A program made the position numbers and the translations under genes. Positions 29,465-40,237 of a stretch of DNA of 64,000 nt are shown here, piece after piece (within the stretch, counting starts at the first letter, position 1; the number at the start of each line of letters is the position of its first letter). The notes under the pieces were generated by a model, which was not told the DNA's origin, did not search any database, and saw only the letters and a list, made by a program, of their open reading frames with translations. Source of the stretch: Candidatus Poriferisocius sp. (GTDB taxonomy: Bacteria > Actinomycetota > Acidimicrobiia > Acidimicrobiales > Bin134); the NCBI RefSeq assembly GCF_965214065.1, contig NZ_CBDCAT010000026.1, positions 180,922 to 244,921 on the forward strand, given 5' to 3'.

Positions 29465-32400
29465 ATGAGGAACTGGCCGCCGCAGACCGCCGAACTGCCA
29501 CACCCTCAGGGCCTCTACGACCCCCGAAACGAGCATGATGGATGCGGGGTCGGGTTCTTGGTGGACCTGAAGGGCCGGCCGCGCCACGAGATCGTGTCGG
29601 TCGGCTACGGCGCACTGTGCAGCCTCCAGCACCGGGGGGCGCTGGGGGCAGAAGTCAATACGGGTGATGGGGCGGGCCTGTTGATCCAGGTGCCCGACGA
29701 ATTCTACCGCCAGGTCTGCGACTTCGACCTGCCGGAGGCGGGAGCATATGCAACCGGCATCGGCTTCCTTCCCGACACTCCCGAGGCCGCGGCTCACGCC
29801 CGGGCAGCCATGGACCAAATCGCCACTGAGGAAGGGCTGACCTCGCTGGGATGGCGGGAGGTGCCCACCAATCCTGATGAGCTGGGGGCGGGGGCACTGG
29901 CCACCATGCCGTCGTTCTGGCAGCCGTTCTACTCCGGCGATGGACTGGACGCCGATGCGCTGATGCGGCGGGCCTATATCGTTCGCACCCGGATCCGGAA
30001 CGAGGTCACCTACGAGACCGACGACCAGGCCGATGCCGGTGCGCTGGGGTCCAAGGCCCGCAAGCTGACCTATGGCTACTTCGCTAGCCTGTCCAACCGG
30101 ACCATCGTCTACAAGGGGATGCTCACCACCCCGCAGCTCGGCGAGTTCTACTCCGATCTGAGCGACACCCGGGTGACCAGCGCCCTGGCCATGATCCACT
30201 CCCGGTTCTCCACCAATACTTTCCCGTCGTGGTCGCTGGCCCATCCCTACCGGTTCATCTCCCACAACGGCGAGATCAACACCGTGCAGGGAAACCGCAA
30301 CTGGATGCGGACCCGCGAGGCCCTGTTGAGCTCGCCCCATCTGCCCGGCGACCTGGAGCGGCTGTTCCCGGTGTGTCCCGAGGGGGTGAGCGACACCGCC
30401 AGCTTCGACCAGGTGCTGGAGCTGCTGTTCATGGGCGGCTACTCGCTGCCCCAGGCGGTGCTCATGATGATCCCCGAGCCGTGGGAGAACCACGAGTCGA
30501 TGTCGCCGGAGCTGCGGGCCTTCTACCGCTACTACGCCTCTTTGATGGAGCCGTGGGACGGCCCGGCCGACATCGTGTTCAGCGACGGCACCCTCATCGG
30601 GGCAGTGCTCGACCGCAATGGCCTGCGCCCTTCCCGCTACTGGGTGACCGACGACGACTTGGTGATCATGGCCTCCGAGGTAGGGGTTATGGAGGTCGAC
30701 CCGGCGGCCATCGTGGAGAAAGGCCGCTTGCAGCCCGGTCGCATGTTCTTGATCGACACCTCCGAGGGCCGCATCGTGCGCGATACCGAGATCAAGCAGA
30801 AGCTGGCCTCAGCCCATCCTTACAGCCAGTGGCTGGCCGACAACCAGGTGGATCTAGACGATCTGGCGGAGCGCCCCCTCCCCGAGCCCGACGAGACGCC
30901 CCTGCTGGTGCGCCAGCAGATGTTCGGCTACACCCACGAGGAGCTGAAGCTCTTGTTGGCCCCCATGGCCAGGGACGGCAAGGAGGCCCTGGGCTCGATG
31001 GGCACCGACACCCCGGTGGCGGTGCTGTCCAACCGGTCGCGGCTGCTGTACGACTACTTCCAACAGCTTTTCGCCCAGGTCACCAACCCTCCACTGGACG
31101 CCATCCGGGAGGAGATCATCACCGCCACTTGCGGCTGGTTAGGCCCCGAGGGCAACCTGCTCGATCCCCGGCCCGAGTCGTGCCGCCAGATCTTCACCCC
31201 CCACCCGGTGATTACAAATCAACAGCTGGCCAATCTGGTTGAAGTAGACGGCCCCGGCGGCCACGAGCACTGGCACACCGAGCTGGTGCCGTGCCTGTAC
31301 GCTGTGGATGACGGCGGGCCGGGGCTGCGCATCGCCATCCAGCGCATCCGCGAGCAGGTCAGCCGGGCCATCGAATCGGGCAAGAACATCATCGTGCTGT
31401 CAGATCGGGGAGCCAGCGCCGACTCAGCGCCGATCCCGTCGCTGCTGGCCACCGCGGCGGCGCACCACCATCTCATCAGGGAGAAGACCCGCACCCGGGT
31501 GGGGTTGGTGGTCGAGACCGGCGACGCCCGCGAGGTACACCACATCTGCCTGCTTCAGGCCTACGGGGCCACGGCTATCAACCCGTATCTGGCATTCGAG
31601 ACCATCGACCAGATGATCGACGAGGGGTTGTGCGGATTCTCGCCCGACGACGACAAGGAACTGGCTCACTACAACTACATCAAGGCCTGCGACAAGGGTG
31701 TGCTCAAGGTCATGTCCAAGATGGGCATCTCCACGGTGAAGTCGTACGTGGGGGCGCAGATCTTCGAGGCCATTGGCCTGGGCCACCCCATCATCGGTGA
31801 ATGCTTCTCCGGCACGGTCAGCCGCCTCGGCGGCATCGGCTTCCCTCAACTGGCCGAGGAGGTCAGGCTGCGGCACCGCATCGCCTTCCCCGAGAACCCC
31901 GACGAGCGGGCCCACCGCACCCTCGAAGGGGGAGGGGAGTACCAGTGGCGACGGGAGGGGGAGTATCACCTGTTCAACCCCGAGACGGTGTTCAAGCTCC
32001 AGCACGCCACCCGCGAGCGCCGCTACGACATATTCAAGGAGTACACCGAGAAGGTGGACGCCCAGTCAGAGCGCCTGGCCACCCTACGGGGGCTGTTCCG
32101 GTTCCGCACCGGTGTGCGAGAGCCGATTCCCATCGATGAGGTGGAGCCGATTTCCAGCATCGTCACCCGGTTCTCCACCGGGGCCATGTCATACGGGTCG
32201 ATCTCGGCCGAGGCCCATGAGACCCTGGCCATTGCCATGAACCGCATCGGCGGCAAGTCGAACACCGGCGAGGGCGGCGAGGATCCCCGCCGCTATGTGC
32301 CCGACCCCAACGGCGACCTTCGCCGGTCGGCCATCAAGCAGGCCGCCTCAGGGCGGTTCGGGGTGACCAGTGAATACCTGGTGAACAGTGACGACATTCA

Positions 32401-34087
32401 GATCAAGATGGCCCAGGGGGCCAAGCCGGGCGAGGGCGGCCAGCTTCCGGGCCACAAAGTGTGGCCGTGGATCGCCGAGGTCCGTTATTCCACCCCCGGT
32501 GTGGGGTTGATCTCCCCGCCGCCCCACCACGACATCTACTCCATCGAGGATCTTGCCCAGCTCATCCACGACCTGAAGAACGCCAACCCCACTGCCCGCA
32601 TCCACGTGAAGCTGGTTTCGGAGCTGGGGGTGGGCACGGTGGCCGCCGGGGTGTCCAAGGCCCACGCCGACGTGGTGCTCATCTCGGGCCACGACGGCGG
32701 CACCGGGGCCTCTCCGCTGACGTCCATCAAGCACGCCGGCACCCCGTGGGAGCTGGGCTTGGCCGAGACCCAGCAAACGCTGCTGTTGAACCGGCTGCGG
32801 GACCGCATCGTGGTGCAAACCGACGGCCAACTCAAGACGGGCAGAGATGTGATGGTCGCCGCGTTGTTGGGGGCCGAAGAGTTCGGATTCGCCACTGCGC
32901 CGCTGGTGGTAATGGGATGCGTGATGATGCGGGTATGCCACCTGGACACCTGCCCGGTGGGGGTGGCCACCCAAGATCCCGAGCTGCGCAAGAAGTTCAC
33001 CGGGGAACCCGAGTTCGTCATCAATTTCATGGAGTACATCGCCGAAGAGGTCCGCGAGATGTTGGCCATGCTCGGCTTCCGCACCCTGGCCGAGGCCGTC
33101 GGGCAGGTGGAATGCCTCGACGTGAGCGATGCGGTGGACCACTGGAAGGCGTCGGGGCTCGATTTGTCCCCCATCTTGTACGCCCCAGACATTGATCCTG
33201 GGGATGACCGGCACTGCACGCAACCCCAGGACCACGGCCTCGACCGCGCCCTCGACCAGCAGCTCATCTTGATGGCCGAGTCCGCCTTGGAAGACGGCCT
33301 CCCGGTGGAGATGGATCTCCCCATCGGCAACGTGAACCGCACGGTGGGCACCATGCTCGGCTTCAACGTGACCACCAAGTGGGGGGCCGACGGGCTGCCC
33401 GACGACACAATCCGCATCAACTTCACCGGGTCGGCCGGCAACAGCTTCGGGGCGTTTTTGCCCCGGGGCATCACCATGAAGCTGACCGGCGACGCCAACG
33501 ACTACGTGGGCAAGGGCCTGTCGGGCGGGCGCATTATCGTCACCACCTTCCCCCAGGCCCAGTTCGCGGCCGAGGAGAACGTGATCGCCGGCAACGTGAT
33601 CGGCTATGGCGCCACCAGCGGCGAGTTGTACCTGCGTGGGCTGGTGGGGGAGCGCTTCTGTGTCCGCAACTCGGGGGCCGTGGCGGTGGTGGAGGGCGTG
33701 GGCGACCACGGCTGCGAATACATGACCGGCGGTCGGGCCGTGGTGCTCGGCCCCACCGGGCGGAACTTCGGCGCGGGAATGTCGGGCGGCGTCGCCTATG
33801 TGCACGACCCAGAGGGCGTGTTCCCCCCCAAGGTCAACACGGAGATGGTGGACATCGAGGCGTTGGACCAAAACGATCGGGAGTGGTTGCGGGACCGAAT
33901 CAGCCAGCACATGGTGAACACCGACTCCACGGTGGCTGAGCGGATCTTGGCCAACTGGGCCACCGAGGCCGACCGGTTCGTGAAGGTGATGCCCAAGGAC
34001 TACAAGCGGGTGCTGAGTGCGGTGGCCGAGGCCGAGCGGACCGGGACCGACGCCGAAGCAGCCATCATGGCGGCCGCACATGGGTGA
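29465..34087 (+). CDS. gltB: glutamate synthase large subunit
   Basis: 1540 aa. N-terminal amidotransferase (…HDGCGVGFL…), FMN domain and C-terminal GXGXG beta-helix domain. Confidence 0.95.
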   Translation: MRNWPPQTAELPHPQGLYDPRNEHDGCGVGFLVDLKGRPRHEIVSVGYGALCSLQHRGALGAEVNTGDGAGLLIQVPDEFYRQVCDFDLPEAGAYATGIGFLPDTPEAAAHARAAMDQIATEEGLTSLGWREVPTNPDELGAGALATMPSFWQPFYSGDGLDADALMRRAYIVRTRIRNEVTYETDDQADAGALGSKARKLTYGYFASLSNRTIVYKGMLTTPQLGEFYSDLSDTRVTSALAMIHSRFSTNTFPSWSLAHPYRFISHNGEINTVQGNRNWMRTREALLSSPHLPGDLERLFPVCPEGVSDTASFDQVLELLFMGGYSLPQAVLMMIPEPWENHESMSPELRAFYRYYASLMEPWDGPADIVFSDGTLIGAVLDRNGLRPSRYWVTDDDLVIMASEVGVMEVDPAAIVEKGRLQPGRMFLIDTSEGRIVRDTEIKQKLASAHPYSQWLADNQVDLDDLAERPLPEPDETPLLVRQQMFGYTHEELKLLLAPMARDGKEALGSMGTDTPVAVLSNRSRLLYDYFQQLFAQVTNPPLDAIREEIITATCGWLGPEGNLLDPRPESCRQIFTPHPVITNQQLANLVEVDGPGGHEHWHTELVPCLYAVDDGGPGLRIAIQRIREQVSRAIESGKNIIVLSDRGASADSAPIPSLLATAAAHHHLIREKTRTRVGLVVETGDAREVHHICLLQAYGATAINPYLAFETIDQMIDEGLCGFSPDDDKELAHYNYIKACDKGVLKVMSKMGISTVKSYVGAQIFEAIGLGHPIIGECFSGTVSRLGGIGFPQLAEEVRLRHRIAFPENPDERAHRTLEGGGEYQWRREGEYHLFNPETVFKLQHATRERRYDIFKEYTEKVDAQSERLATLRGLFRFRTGVREPIPIDEVEPISSIVTRFSTGAMSYGSISAEAHETLAIAMNRIGGKSNTGEGGEDPRRYVPDPNGDLRRSAIKQAASGRFGVTSEYLVNSDDIQIKMAQGAKPGEGGQLPGHKVWPWIAEVRYSTPGVGLISPPPHHDIYSIEDLAQLIHDLKNANPTARIHVKLVSELGVGTVAAGVSKAHADVVLISGHDGGTGASPLTSIKHAGTPWELGLAETQQTLLLNRLRDRIVVQTDGQLKTGRDVMVAALLGAEEFGFATAPLVVMGCVMMRVCHLDTCPVGVATQDPELRKKFTGEPEFVINFMEYIAEEVREMLAMLGFRTLAEAVGQVECLDVSDAVDHWKASGLDLSPILYAPDIDPGDDRHCTQPQDHGLDRALDQQLILMAESALEDGLPVEMDLPIGNVNRTVGTMLGFNVTTKWGADGLPDDTIRINFTGSAGNSFGAFLPRGITMKLTGDANDYVGKGLSGGRIIVTTFPQAQFAAEENVIAGNVIGYGATSGELYLRGLVGERFCVRNSGAVAVVEGVGDHGCEYMTGGRAVVLGPTGRNFGAGMSGGVAYVHDPEGVFPPKVNTEMVDIEALDQNDREWLRDRISQHMVNTDSTVAERILANWATEADRFVKVMPKDYKRVLSAVAEAERTGTDAEAAIMAAAHG

Positions 34088-35540
34088 TATCCGAGGGTTC
34101 ATGAAGCATGGGCGGGAGACGCCGGTGCGCCGTCCCGTGCCAGTGAGGATCAAGGACTGGCACGAGGTCTACAACGACTTCGATGCCGAGTCGGTGCGCA
34201 CCCAAGCGTCCCGCTGCATGGACTGCGGCATCCCCTTCTGCAACAACGGATGCCCGCTGGGCAACCTGATCCCCGACTGGAACGACCTCGTCTACCGGGA
34301 CCACTGGCGGGAGGCCATTGAGCGGCTGCACGCCACCAACAACTTCCCCGAGTTCACCGGGCGGCTGTGCCCCGCGCCGTGTGAGGCGGCCTGCGTGCTA
34401 GGCATCAACGAGGACCCGGTGACCATCAAGCAGGTCGAGGTGGAGATCGTGGACCGGGCCTGGGAGGAGGGGTGGATCACCCCAGTGGTGTGCGACGACC
34501 GCACCGGCCAATCGGTGGCCGTGGTGGGGTCGGGGCCAGCTGGGTTGGCCGCTGCCCAGCAGCTCACCCGGGCGGGCCACGACGTGGTGGTGTACGAGCG
34601 GGCCGACCGCATCGGAGGGTTGCTGCGCTACGGCATCCCCGAGTTCAAGATGGAAAAGCGCCACCTCGACCTCAGACTGGCCCAGATGGAGGCCGAGGGC
34701 ACGGTGTTCAAGACGGGGGTGAATGTCGGTTTCGACATGAGCGCGGCTGAACTCACCGGAAAATACGACGCGGTGGTGCTGGCCGGCGGGGCCACCCAGT
34801 GGCGAGACCTGCCCATTCCCGGTCGGGAGCTGGAGGGCGTCTATCAGGCCATGGAGTACCTGCCCCCGGCCAATCGAGTTCAGCAGGGCGACCTGGACGA
34901 ACACCCGTTCTCGGCCGCCGGCAAGCACGTGATCATCATCGGCGGGGGCGACACCGGTGCCGACTGCCTGGGCACCGCCCACCGCCACGGAGCGGCCTCC
35001 ATCCACCAGTTCGAGATCTTGCCCCGTCCGCCCGACCAGCGGGACGACTCCACCCCGTGGCCGACCTGGCCGCTCATGCACCGGTCGTCATCAGCCCATG
35101 AGGAGGGCGGCACCCAGGTTTACGCCATCAACACCGTGGAGTTCACCGGATCGGGTGGCAAGGTGGAGGCACTGCACACGATTGACGTGCAGCAGTCCTT
35201 CGATGGCGGACGCATGAGGTTCGACCCGATCGAGGGTACCAAGCGAGAGTTCAAAACGGATCTGGTGCTATTGGCTCTTGGGTTCACCGGCCCCGAAACC
35301 GGCGGCCTGCTCGACGACCTGGGAGTAGAGATCACCGCCCGGGGAAACGTGGCCCGCGACGACAACTGGATGAGCACCGTGCCGGGCGTGTTCGTGGCGG
35401 GCGACATAGGCCGCGGCCAGAGCCTGATCGTGTGGGCCATCGCCGAAGGCCGGGCCTGTGCCGCGGCCGTGGATCAGTACCTGACCGGCGATACCCTCTT
35501 GCCCGCACCCCTGGTGCCCACCGCCCAACAGTTGCGCTGA
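34080..35540 (+). CDS. gltD: glutamate synthase small subunit (NADPH)
   Basis: [13 protein letters not shown]…CMDCGIPFC…[14 protein letters not shown]. The ATG overlaps the gltB stop (ATGGGTGA). Confidence 0.95.
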   Translation: MGDIRGFMKHGRETPVRRPVPVRIKDWHEVYNDFDAESVRTQASRCMDCGIPFCNNGCPLGNLIPDWNDLVYRDHWREAIERLHATNNFPEFTGRLCPAPCEAACVLGINEDPVTIKQVEVEIVDRAWEEGWITPVVCDDRTGQSVAVVGSGPAGLAAAQQLTRAGHDVVVYERADRIGGLLRYGIPEFKMEKRHLDLRLAQMEAEGTVFKTGVNVGFDMSAAELTGKYDAVVLAGGATQWRDLPIPGRELEGVYQAMEYLPPANRVQQGDLDEHPFSAAGKHVIIIGGGDTGADCLGTAHRHGAASIHQFEILPRPPDQRDDSTPWPTWPLMHRSSSAHEEGGTQVYAINTVEFTGSGGKVEALHTIDVQQSFDGGRMRFDPIEGTKREFKTDLVLLALGFTGPETGGLLDDLGVEITARGNVARDDNWMSTVPGVFVAGDIGRGQSLIVWAIAEGRACAAAVDQYLTGDTLLPAPLVPTAQQLR

Positions 35541-35542
35541 CT

Positions 35543-36235
35543 CTAGAAGGGCCGGGCGTCGAGGAAGTCCAGGGCGGCGTCGATGAAGTCGAAGGACTTG
35601 GGGGTGGCGAAGTGGTCTATGCCCCGCAAAACCACCAAGCGGGCGTCGGGAAGGGCGTCCACGAGCTGGTCGGCGGGGTAGGCGAAGTCCTTGTCGCCCA
35701 CCACCACAAGGGTGGGCACGGCGACATCAGCCAAGCAGCTCGTGTCGAAGGCGGTGCGGCTGGCCATCAGCGCGGCCAAGGCCTCCCGGTCGGCCTCGGG
35801 GTCGTCGGCCAGGGTGGAGAAGTGGAGTGCCTCGGGATTCTCGGGATCGGGCTCGCCGGTCACCGCGTGCAGGATCATGCGGCTGTGGCCCTCGTCTCGC
35901 TCGAACAGGTTCTTGCCCACCCCGGATACCACCAGCTTGTGAAATCGCTCGGGCGTCCGGGAGGCAATGGACAAAAGGGTGTAGGCCCCCAGCGAGAACC
36001 CGATGGCGTCGATGGGCTCGTCGGGGAAGCGGTCGATCACGTGCTGCTCGAATTCGGCGTAGCCCTCGGGATGGTGGGGCTTGGGGGCGGTGCCGTGTCC
36101 CATCAGGTCGACGCCGATCACTTCGCGGCCAGCGTCGGCCAACAGATCGATCCAGGCGTTGTCCCCCCAGGTTCGCCGGGCCGAACCGGCTAGCCCGTGC
36201 AGAAGTGCGACCGCGGGTCCGCTCACCGCGCTCAC
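35543..36235 (-). CDS. alpha/beta hydrolase
   Basis: …VALLHGLAGSARRTWG… and a GFSLGA nucleophile elbow. Start uncertain (TTG 36253, GTG 36235 or 36226). Confidence 0.75.
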   Translation of the reverse strand: MSAVSGPAVALLHGLAGSARRTWGDNAWIDLLADAGREVIGVDLMGHGTAPKPHHPEGYAEFEQHVIDRFPDEPIDAIGFSLGAYTLLSIASRTPERFHKLVVSGVGKNLFERDEGHSRMILHAVTGEPDPENPEALHFSTLADDPEADREALAALMASRTAFDTSCLADVAVPTLVVVGDKDFAYPADQLVDALPDARLVVLRGIDHFATPKSFDFIDAALDFLDARPF

Positions 36236-36281
36236 CCTACTGTTCCGGCGCAAAAGAACAGGAGACCCAGAGCAACAGGAA

Positions 36282-36342
36282 CCTCGAAAAGTAGGAGGCC
36301 CCGAGTAGCCTCCCGGCCGAAACCGGTCGACTTCTCGGGGCC
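36282..36342 (-). terminator. terminator-like hairpin plus U-rich tail at the 3' end of the candidate ncRNA
   Basis: Minus strand reads GGCCCCGAG…(GGAGGC-UACUCGGG-GCCUCC)…CUCGGGGCC, followed by UCCUACUUUUCG. Confidence 0.4.
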
Positions 36343-36562
36343 GTCCCGTTCGGTCCCGGCGCTCTGGCTGGCTTGCGCCCTCCGGCTACCCGGTCCCTAC
36401 CTCCCAGTTCCTCGCGGCACCTGGCCTCCTTCCCGGCCCTCGGCTTTCGGTGGTGCCACCGACTTCCTCGGCCCGTTCCAGCGGTCCTGCGGAACTCTGT
36501 CGAACTCTCGCCCTTTCGGGCTCCTGCTCTTTCAGCTAACTCCGCTTGTCTCTGGTAGGTGG
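36285..36562 (-). ncRNA. candidate ~280-nt structured non-coding RNA of unknown class (or an unusually long structured leader of the downstream hydrolase)
   Basis: Lies between a near-consensus promoter and a terminator-like hairpin. The minus-strand reading is purine-rich with several GNRA-closed hairpins (CCC-GAAA-GGG, GCU-GAAAG-AGC, CGGUG-GCAC-CACCG, GUUCC…GGAAC, GGCGC…GCGCC). All six frames have atypical codon usage for this genome (many A/T-ending codons). Confidence 0.5.
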
Positions 36563-36566
36563 GCAC

Positions 36567-36594
36567 ACCATAGCGCGCTATAAGACCAGGTCAA
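36567..36594 (-). promoter_or_regulatory. sigma-70/SigA-type promoter: TTGACC - 16 nt - TATGGT
   Basis: Minus strand reads TTGACCTGGTCTTATAGCGCGCTATGGT, directly downstream of a ~100-bp AT-rich tract that is exceptional for this GC-rich window. Confidence 0.5.
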
Positions 36595-36692
36595 GGGGAA
36601 AAATAAAATCCACAGGGTTTTCCACTGCTGTGAGTAGAAATCCCCAGGAAACCTAAAATTAACCACAGATACTCTGGCCTTGGATCAGAGCC

Positions 36693-37448
36693 TCAAGACC
36701 AGGTGCCGCGGGCAATGAGCACATCGCGCAACACGGTGGGGCGGTCGGTCATGATGCCGTCCACTCCCAAATCCAGCAGCCGGTGCATCTCGTCGGCATC
36801 GTCCACAGTCCACACATGCACCGCTACCTCCTGACGGTGAGCGGCATCGACAAACCGTCGATGAACCACTGGCACGCCCTTGGCCGTGGGGGGCACTTGG
36901 GCACAGGCCCCGGCCTTGATGCGTAGGGGCAGACCAGCGGCCGCGGCTTGGAGCCGCCCGACCTCCTTTGGGCTGAGACCGGTACACAGCCGTGGCCCGC
37001 CCAGGCGCCGGGCGGTGGCCAGTCGGCGCCCCGAGAATGATCCGACGCACACCCGGTCGATGGCGTTGGCCCGATGCAGGGTGTCGATAAGCGGTTCAGT
37101 GGCCTGGTCGTGTTTGGGGTCGACCGCGATCTTGACATCGGGCCAGGCCTCCAGCAGTTCCTCGAAGCGGGGAATGGTTTGTTCTCCGCCCACTCGCACG
37201 GTCTCCAAGTCTCGCCAGGCCAATTCGGCGATGGCCTCCGGACGACCACTGAGCCGTTGCAAGCCCTCGTCGTGGAATGCCACCAGTACCCCGTCGCGGG
37301 TGGCGTGCACATCAGTCTCCAGGTAGCGATAGCCAAGGTCGACGGCGGCTGAGAACGCGGCCATGGTGTTCTCCGGCCCCTCCGCGGCCCCGCCCCGGTG
37401 GGCGATGGGTATCGGCCCCTCGTGATCTAAGAACTGCCAAGCGGACAC
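36693..37448 (-). CDS. glycerophosphodiester phosphodiesterase family protein
   Basis: …IAHRGGAAEGPENTMAAFSAAVDLGYRYLETDVHATRDGVLVAFHD… is the GDPD signature. GTG start inferred at 37448. Confidence 0.8.
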   Translation of the reverse strand: MSAWQFLDHEGPIPIAHRGGAAEGPENTMAAFSAAVDLGYRYLETDVHATRDGVLVAFHDEGLQRLSGRPEAIAELAWRDLETVRVGGEQTIPRFEELLEAWPDVKIAVDPKHDQATEPLIDTLHRANAIDRVCVGSFSGRRLATARRLGGPRLCTGLSPKEVGRLQAAAAGLPLRIKAGACAQVPPTAKGVPVVHRRFVDAAHRQEVAVHVWTVDDADEMHRLLDLGVDGIMTDRPTVLRDVLIARGTWS

Positions 37449-37485
37449 CAGCGAAAGCGTAGTTGCCGGGATAGATTCACTGTCT

Positions 37486-38271
37486 GTGGGTTGGGAGCCG
37501 GCTGAGAGATTCAGGAATCTGCTTGAGCAGGATGAATTCGCCCTCCATGAGGGGGCTCTGTGCATTGCCGCCCACGGCTGTCCGGATATGGACTTCGACG
37601 CTGAGCTAGACCGACTGGACTCTCTCGCCGATTCTTGCGACCACTCCAGTCGGAGCCAAATGCTGCACTCGCTGTTCAGCGAGCTGGGGTTCCACGGCAA
37701 CCGGTCGGACTATTACGACCCCCGCAACTCGTTTCTCAACGAGGTCATGCGCCGGCGCACCGGGATCCCCATCAGCCTCGCCGTGCTGACCATCACGGTA
37801 GGGGCCCGCATGGGCTATGAGTTCGAGGGAATCGGACTGCCTGGCCACTTCTTGATCCGGGACCGGAACGAGCCCGACACCTATATCGACGTGTTCGCCG
37901 GGGGCGCGTTGCTCAATGCCCAGGGCTGCGAAGAACTCTTCCACCAGATCACCGGAGGGCAGAAGGGATTTCACCCTGCATTCTTGGCCCCGGTAGACGA
38001 TTCGTCGATCATGGAGCGGATACTGGGGAATCTTCGGGCCATCTACGCCCAGCGCCGGGACTACGCCAATCTGGAGTGGGTACTGGAGTTGCGGACGATT
38101 TGCCCCTCGGCCACTGCTAAGGAGGCCAAACAGCTTGGTCTGATCAGCATGGAGCGGGGACGGTTCGAAGTAGCGGCCCGCCGGTTCGAGGCACTAGCCG
38201 AGGCCGCGGAGAATGACGATGAGGAGCAGCTTCGGCAGTTGGCCGTCCGCGCCCGGGCCCGCATGAACTAG
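37486..38271 (+). CDS. SirB1-like / transglutaminase-like plus TPR protein
   Basis: Architecture and motifs (…DYYDPRNSFLNEVMRRRTGIPISLAVL…GLPGHFLIR…) are typical of the UPF0162/SirB1 family. Confidence 0.7.
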   Translation: MGWEPAERFRNLLEQDEFALHEGALCIAAHGCPDMDFDAELDRLDSLADSCDHSSRSQMLHSLFSELGFHGNRSDYYDPRNSFLNEVMRRRTGIPISLAVLTITVGARMGYEFEGIGLPGHFLIRDRNEPDTYIDVFAGGALLNAQGCEELFHQITGGQKGFHPAFLAPVDDSSIMERILGNLRAIYAQRRDYANLEWVLELRTICPSATAKEAKQLGLISMERGRFEVAARRFEALAEAAENDDEEQLRQLAVRARARMN

Positions 38272-38351
38272 CCGAACCCACCGGTAGCCGCAGCTACACC
38301 AGCCCTGCTAGACCGCAAGATCAGCCTGATCGGGCGGTAGCGTTAAAGGCT

Positions 38352-39770
38352 GTGACCCGACGCACCAAAATCATCGCCACGATTGGCCCGGCGTCGGAAT
38401 CCCCGCAAGTACTGCGAGCCATGGTGGACGCTGGCATGGACGTGGCTCGCATCGGCCTAGCCCACGGAACGCTTGAGGAGGCCCTAGAGCGAATGCACCT
38501 CGTGCGGCAGGTGGCCCAAGAAGCAGGCCGGCGGGTGGGAGTCCTGGTGGACTTGCCTGGTCCGAAAGTGCGCACGGCCAGCTTTGGCCAGGAAGGCGTG
38601 GAGCTGCGGGCCGATTCCCAGGTGGGGATCAGGGTCGGCGACAACCTGAGCACCGCCGAGGTGGTGGAGGTGGACTACGAGAACCTCTTTCACGATATTG
38701 CCATCGGCGACCAAGTGGCCCTCGGAGACGGGCAGGTGCTGTTGGAAATAGTCGACATTTCCGCCGACAAGGCTGCGGCCCAAGTCCTCCACGGCGACGT
38801 GATCCATGGGCGGCCCGGGTTCCGCATCCCGTCTGACCGGCTCAGCATGTCCACGCCGACACCGGAAGATCTGCGGAATCTGGACGCATTCGTGAGCTAT
38901 TCGGTGGACATGGTGGCCGTCTCGTTCGTTCGGTCAGGCGACGACATCCGCCGGGTCGGCGTCGAGCCCCATCCCACTGGCCCGCTGGTTATCGCCAAGA
39001 TCGAGACCCAAGCAGCCGTGCAGAATCTCGATGACATAATTGACGCCTCGGCGGGAATCATGGTGGCTCGCGGCGATTTGGGCACCGAGTGCCTGATGGA
39101 AGAGACCCCGCACCTTCAAAAGCGAATCATCCGGGATTGCATCGCGGGCGGCTTGCCGGTGATCACCGCAACCCAGATGCTGGATTCCATGGTCCAGGCA
39201 TCGACCCCGACCCGGGCCGAGGTATCCGATGTGGCCAACGCGGTATTCGACGGCACCAGTGCGGTCATGCTCTCGGCTGAGACCGCCATCGGTGCCCACC
39301 CAGCGGCCACGGTGGCCACGATGGCCCGCATCGCCGAGCGGGCCGACGAAGAGTTCGACTATGTGCGCTGGGGGGAGAACATCCGCCGGTTGCGCATGAC
39401 CGACGTGGACGCCCCTACATCTGTGACTGACGCCATGACCGGCGCGGCAGCTACCGCGGCCAACGAGCTCAACTTGGCGGCCATCGTGTGCATTTCGGCC
39501 TCCGGATTCACCGTACGCTCTATGGCCCGTTTCCGCCCCCAAGCAGCCATTTTGGGTTTCAGCACCTCGGAACGCACCGTCCAACAGCTAACGCTGAGCT
39601 GGGGAGTTACCCCCATGCTGGCCTGCGAGGTGGGCAGCTATGAGGCCCGGGTGGCCGAGGCCCTAGACATGGCCAAAGAGACAGGTCACGTCGGAGCCGG
39701 TGATGTGGTGGCGGTGGTGGCCGGCATGACCGAGGCCACCGACGTGCTGCGCTTGGTGCGCGTCCACTGA
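38352..39770 (+). CDS. pyk: pyruvate kinase
   Basis: RRTKIIATIGPAS…, MVARGDLG and ITATQMLDSM motifs. GTG start. Confidence 0.95.
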   Translation: MTRRTKIIATIGPASESPQVLRAMVDAGMDVARIGLAHGTLEEALERMHLVRQVAQEAGRRVGVLVDLPGPKVRTASFGQEGVELRADSQVGIRVGDNLSTAEVVEVDYENLFHDIAIGDQVALGDGQVLLEIVDISADKAAAQVLHGDVIHGRPGFRIPSDRLSMSTPTPEDLRNLDAFVSYSVDMVAVSFVRSGDDIRRVGVEPHPTGPLVIAKIETQAAVQNLDDIIDASAGIMVARGDLGTECLMEETPHLQKRIIRDCIAGGLPVITATQMLDSMVQASTPTRAEVSDVANAVFDGTSAVMLSAETAIGAHPAATVATMARIAERADEEFDYVRWGENIRRLRMTDVDAPTSVTDAMTGAAATAANELNLAAIVCISASGFTVRSMARFRPQAAILGFSTSERTVQQLTLSWGVTPMLACEVGSYEARVAEALDMAKETGHVGAGDVVAVVAGMTEATDVLRLVRVH

Positions 39771-39789
39771 CCATAGAAGGATTGCAGCC

Positions 39790-40236
39790 ATGAGCGATGC
39801 ACCGGTGAATCTCACTCGGTCGGGGCCGCCAGAGACGATTTTGGACCCTGAGCCGCCCCAAGCGGTGGCCTCCCTGGCCGAGGCAATGAGCCTGCCTGAG
39901 GAGCGCAGAAGGGATGAGGTGGCCGAAGTAGTGGCCCAGTTCCCCCGCTTCTTGGACGGCTGGGCCCGGCTGGGACAGTTGGCACGAGACGACGCCGAGG
40001 CCTACGCCGCTTTCCGGGTGGGCTACCACCGGGGACTTGACCGACTGCGCCAGAACGGCTGGCGGGGGTCGGGTTATGTGCGCTGGGCCTACGAAGTTAA
40101 TCGGGGCTTTCTGCGGTCATTGGCTGGATTGCAGGCCACTGCCGCCGCCATCGGCGAACAAGACGAAGAAGAGCGCTGCCGATTGTTTCTCCACCAGCTC
40201 GACCCATCGTGGCCCCCCCGAGATCTGGAGGCTTGA
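39790..40236 (+). CDS. DUF3151 domain protein
   Basis: …FPRFLDGWARLGQLARDDAEAYAAFRVGYHRGLDRLRQNGWRGSGYVRW… is the conserved actinobacterial DUF3151 pattern. Confidence 0.75.
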   Translation: MSDAPVNLTRSGPPETILDPEPPQAVASLAEAMSLPEERRRDEVAEVVAQFPRFLDGWARLGQLARDDAEAYAAFRVGYHRGLDRLRQNGWRGSGYVRWAYEVNRGFLRSLAGLQATAAAIGEQDEEERCRLFLHQLDPSWPPRDLEA

Positions 40237-40237
40237 T

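Noticed and set aside
32348-34153. Large antisense ORFs opposite confident genes (for example 32348-34153 -, 29387-30493 -, 45871-47106 -, 11204-12172 -, 17647-18552 -, 23708-24601 -, 12311-13531 +)
   Set aside because: These are typical high-GC shadow ORFs: Arg/Gly/Pro/His-rich, no recognisable motifs, and each fully overlapped by a gene with clear family signatures.
36285-36562. Whether the structured RNA is RNase P RNA, tmRNA, SRP RNA or a common riboswitch
   Set aside because: I could not find the RNase P CR-I (GAGGAAAGUCC) or CR-V (ACAGAA.CCGGCUUA) blocks. The tmRNA T-arm/CCA 3' end and the SRP domain IV motif (GGUCCGGAAGGAAGCAGC) are also absent; the nearest sequence is GGCCGGGAAGGAGGCC. 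B12, TPP and FMN box sequences are not present. It is also too short for RNase P or tmRNA. Identity is left open rather than assigned.
36237-36566. 109-aa minus-strand ORF covering the candidate RNA (a possible leaderless gene starting right after the -10)
   Set aside because: The product is Arg/Gly-rich low-complexity sequence. The codons are rich in A/T-ending and rare types (AGA, TTA, CAA, GGA, CGA), unlike every confident gene in the window. The ORF reads straight through hairpins and the terminator.
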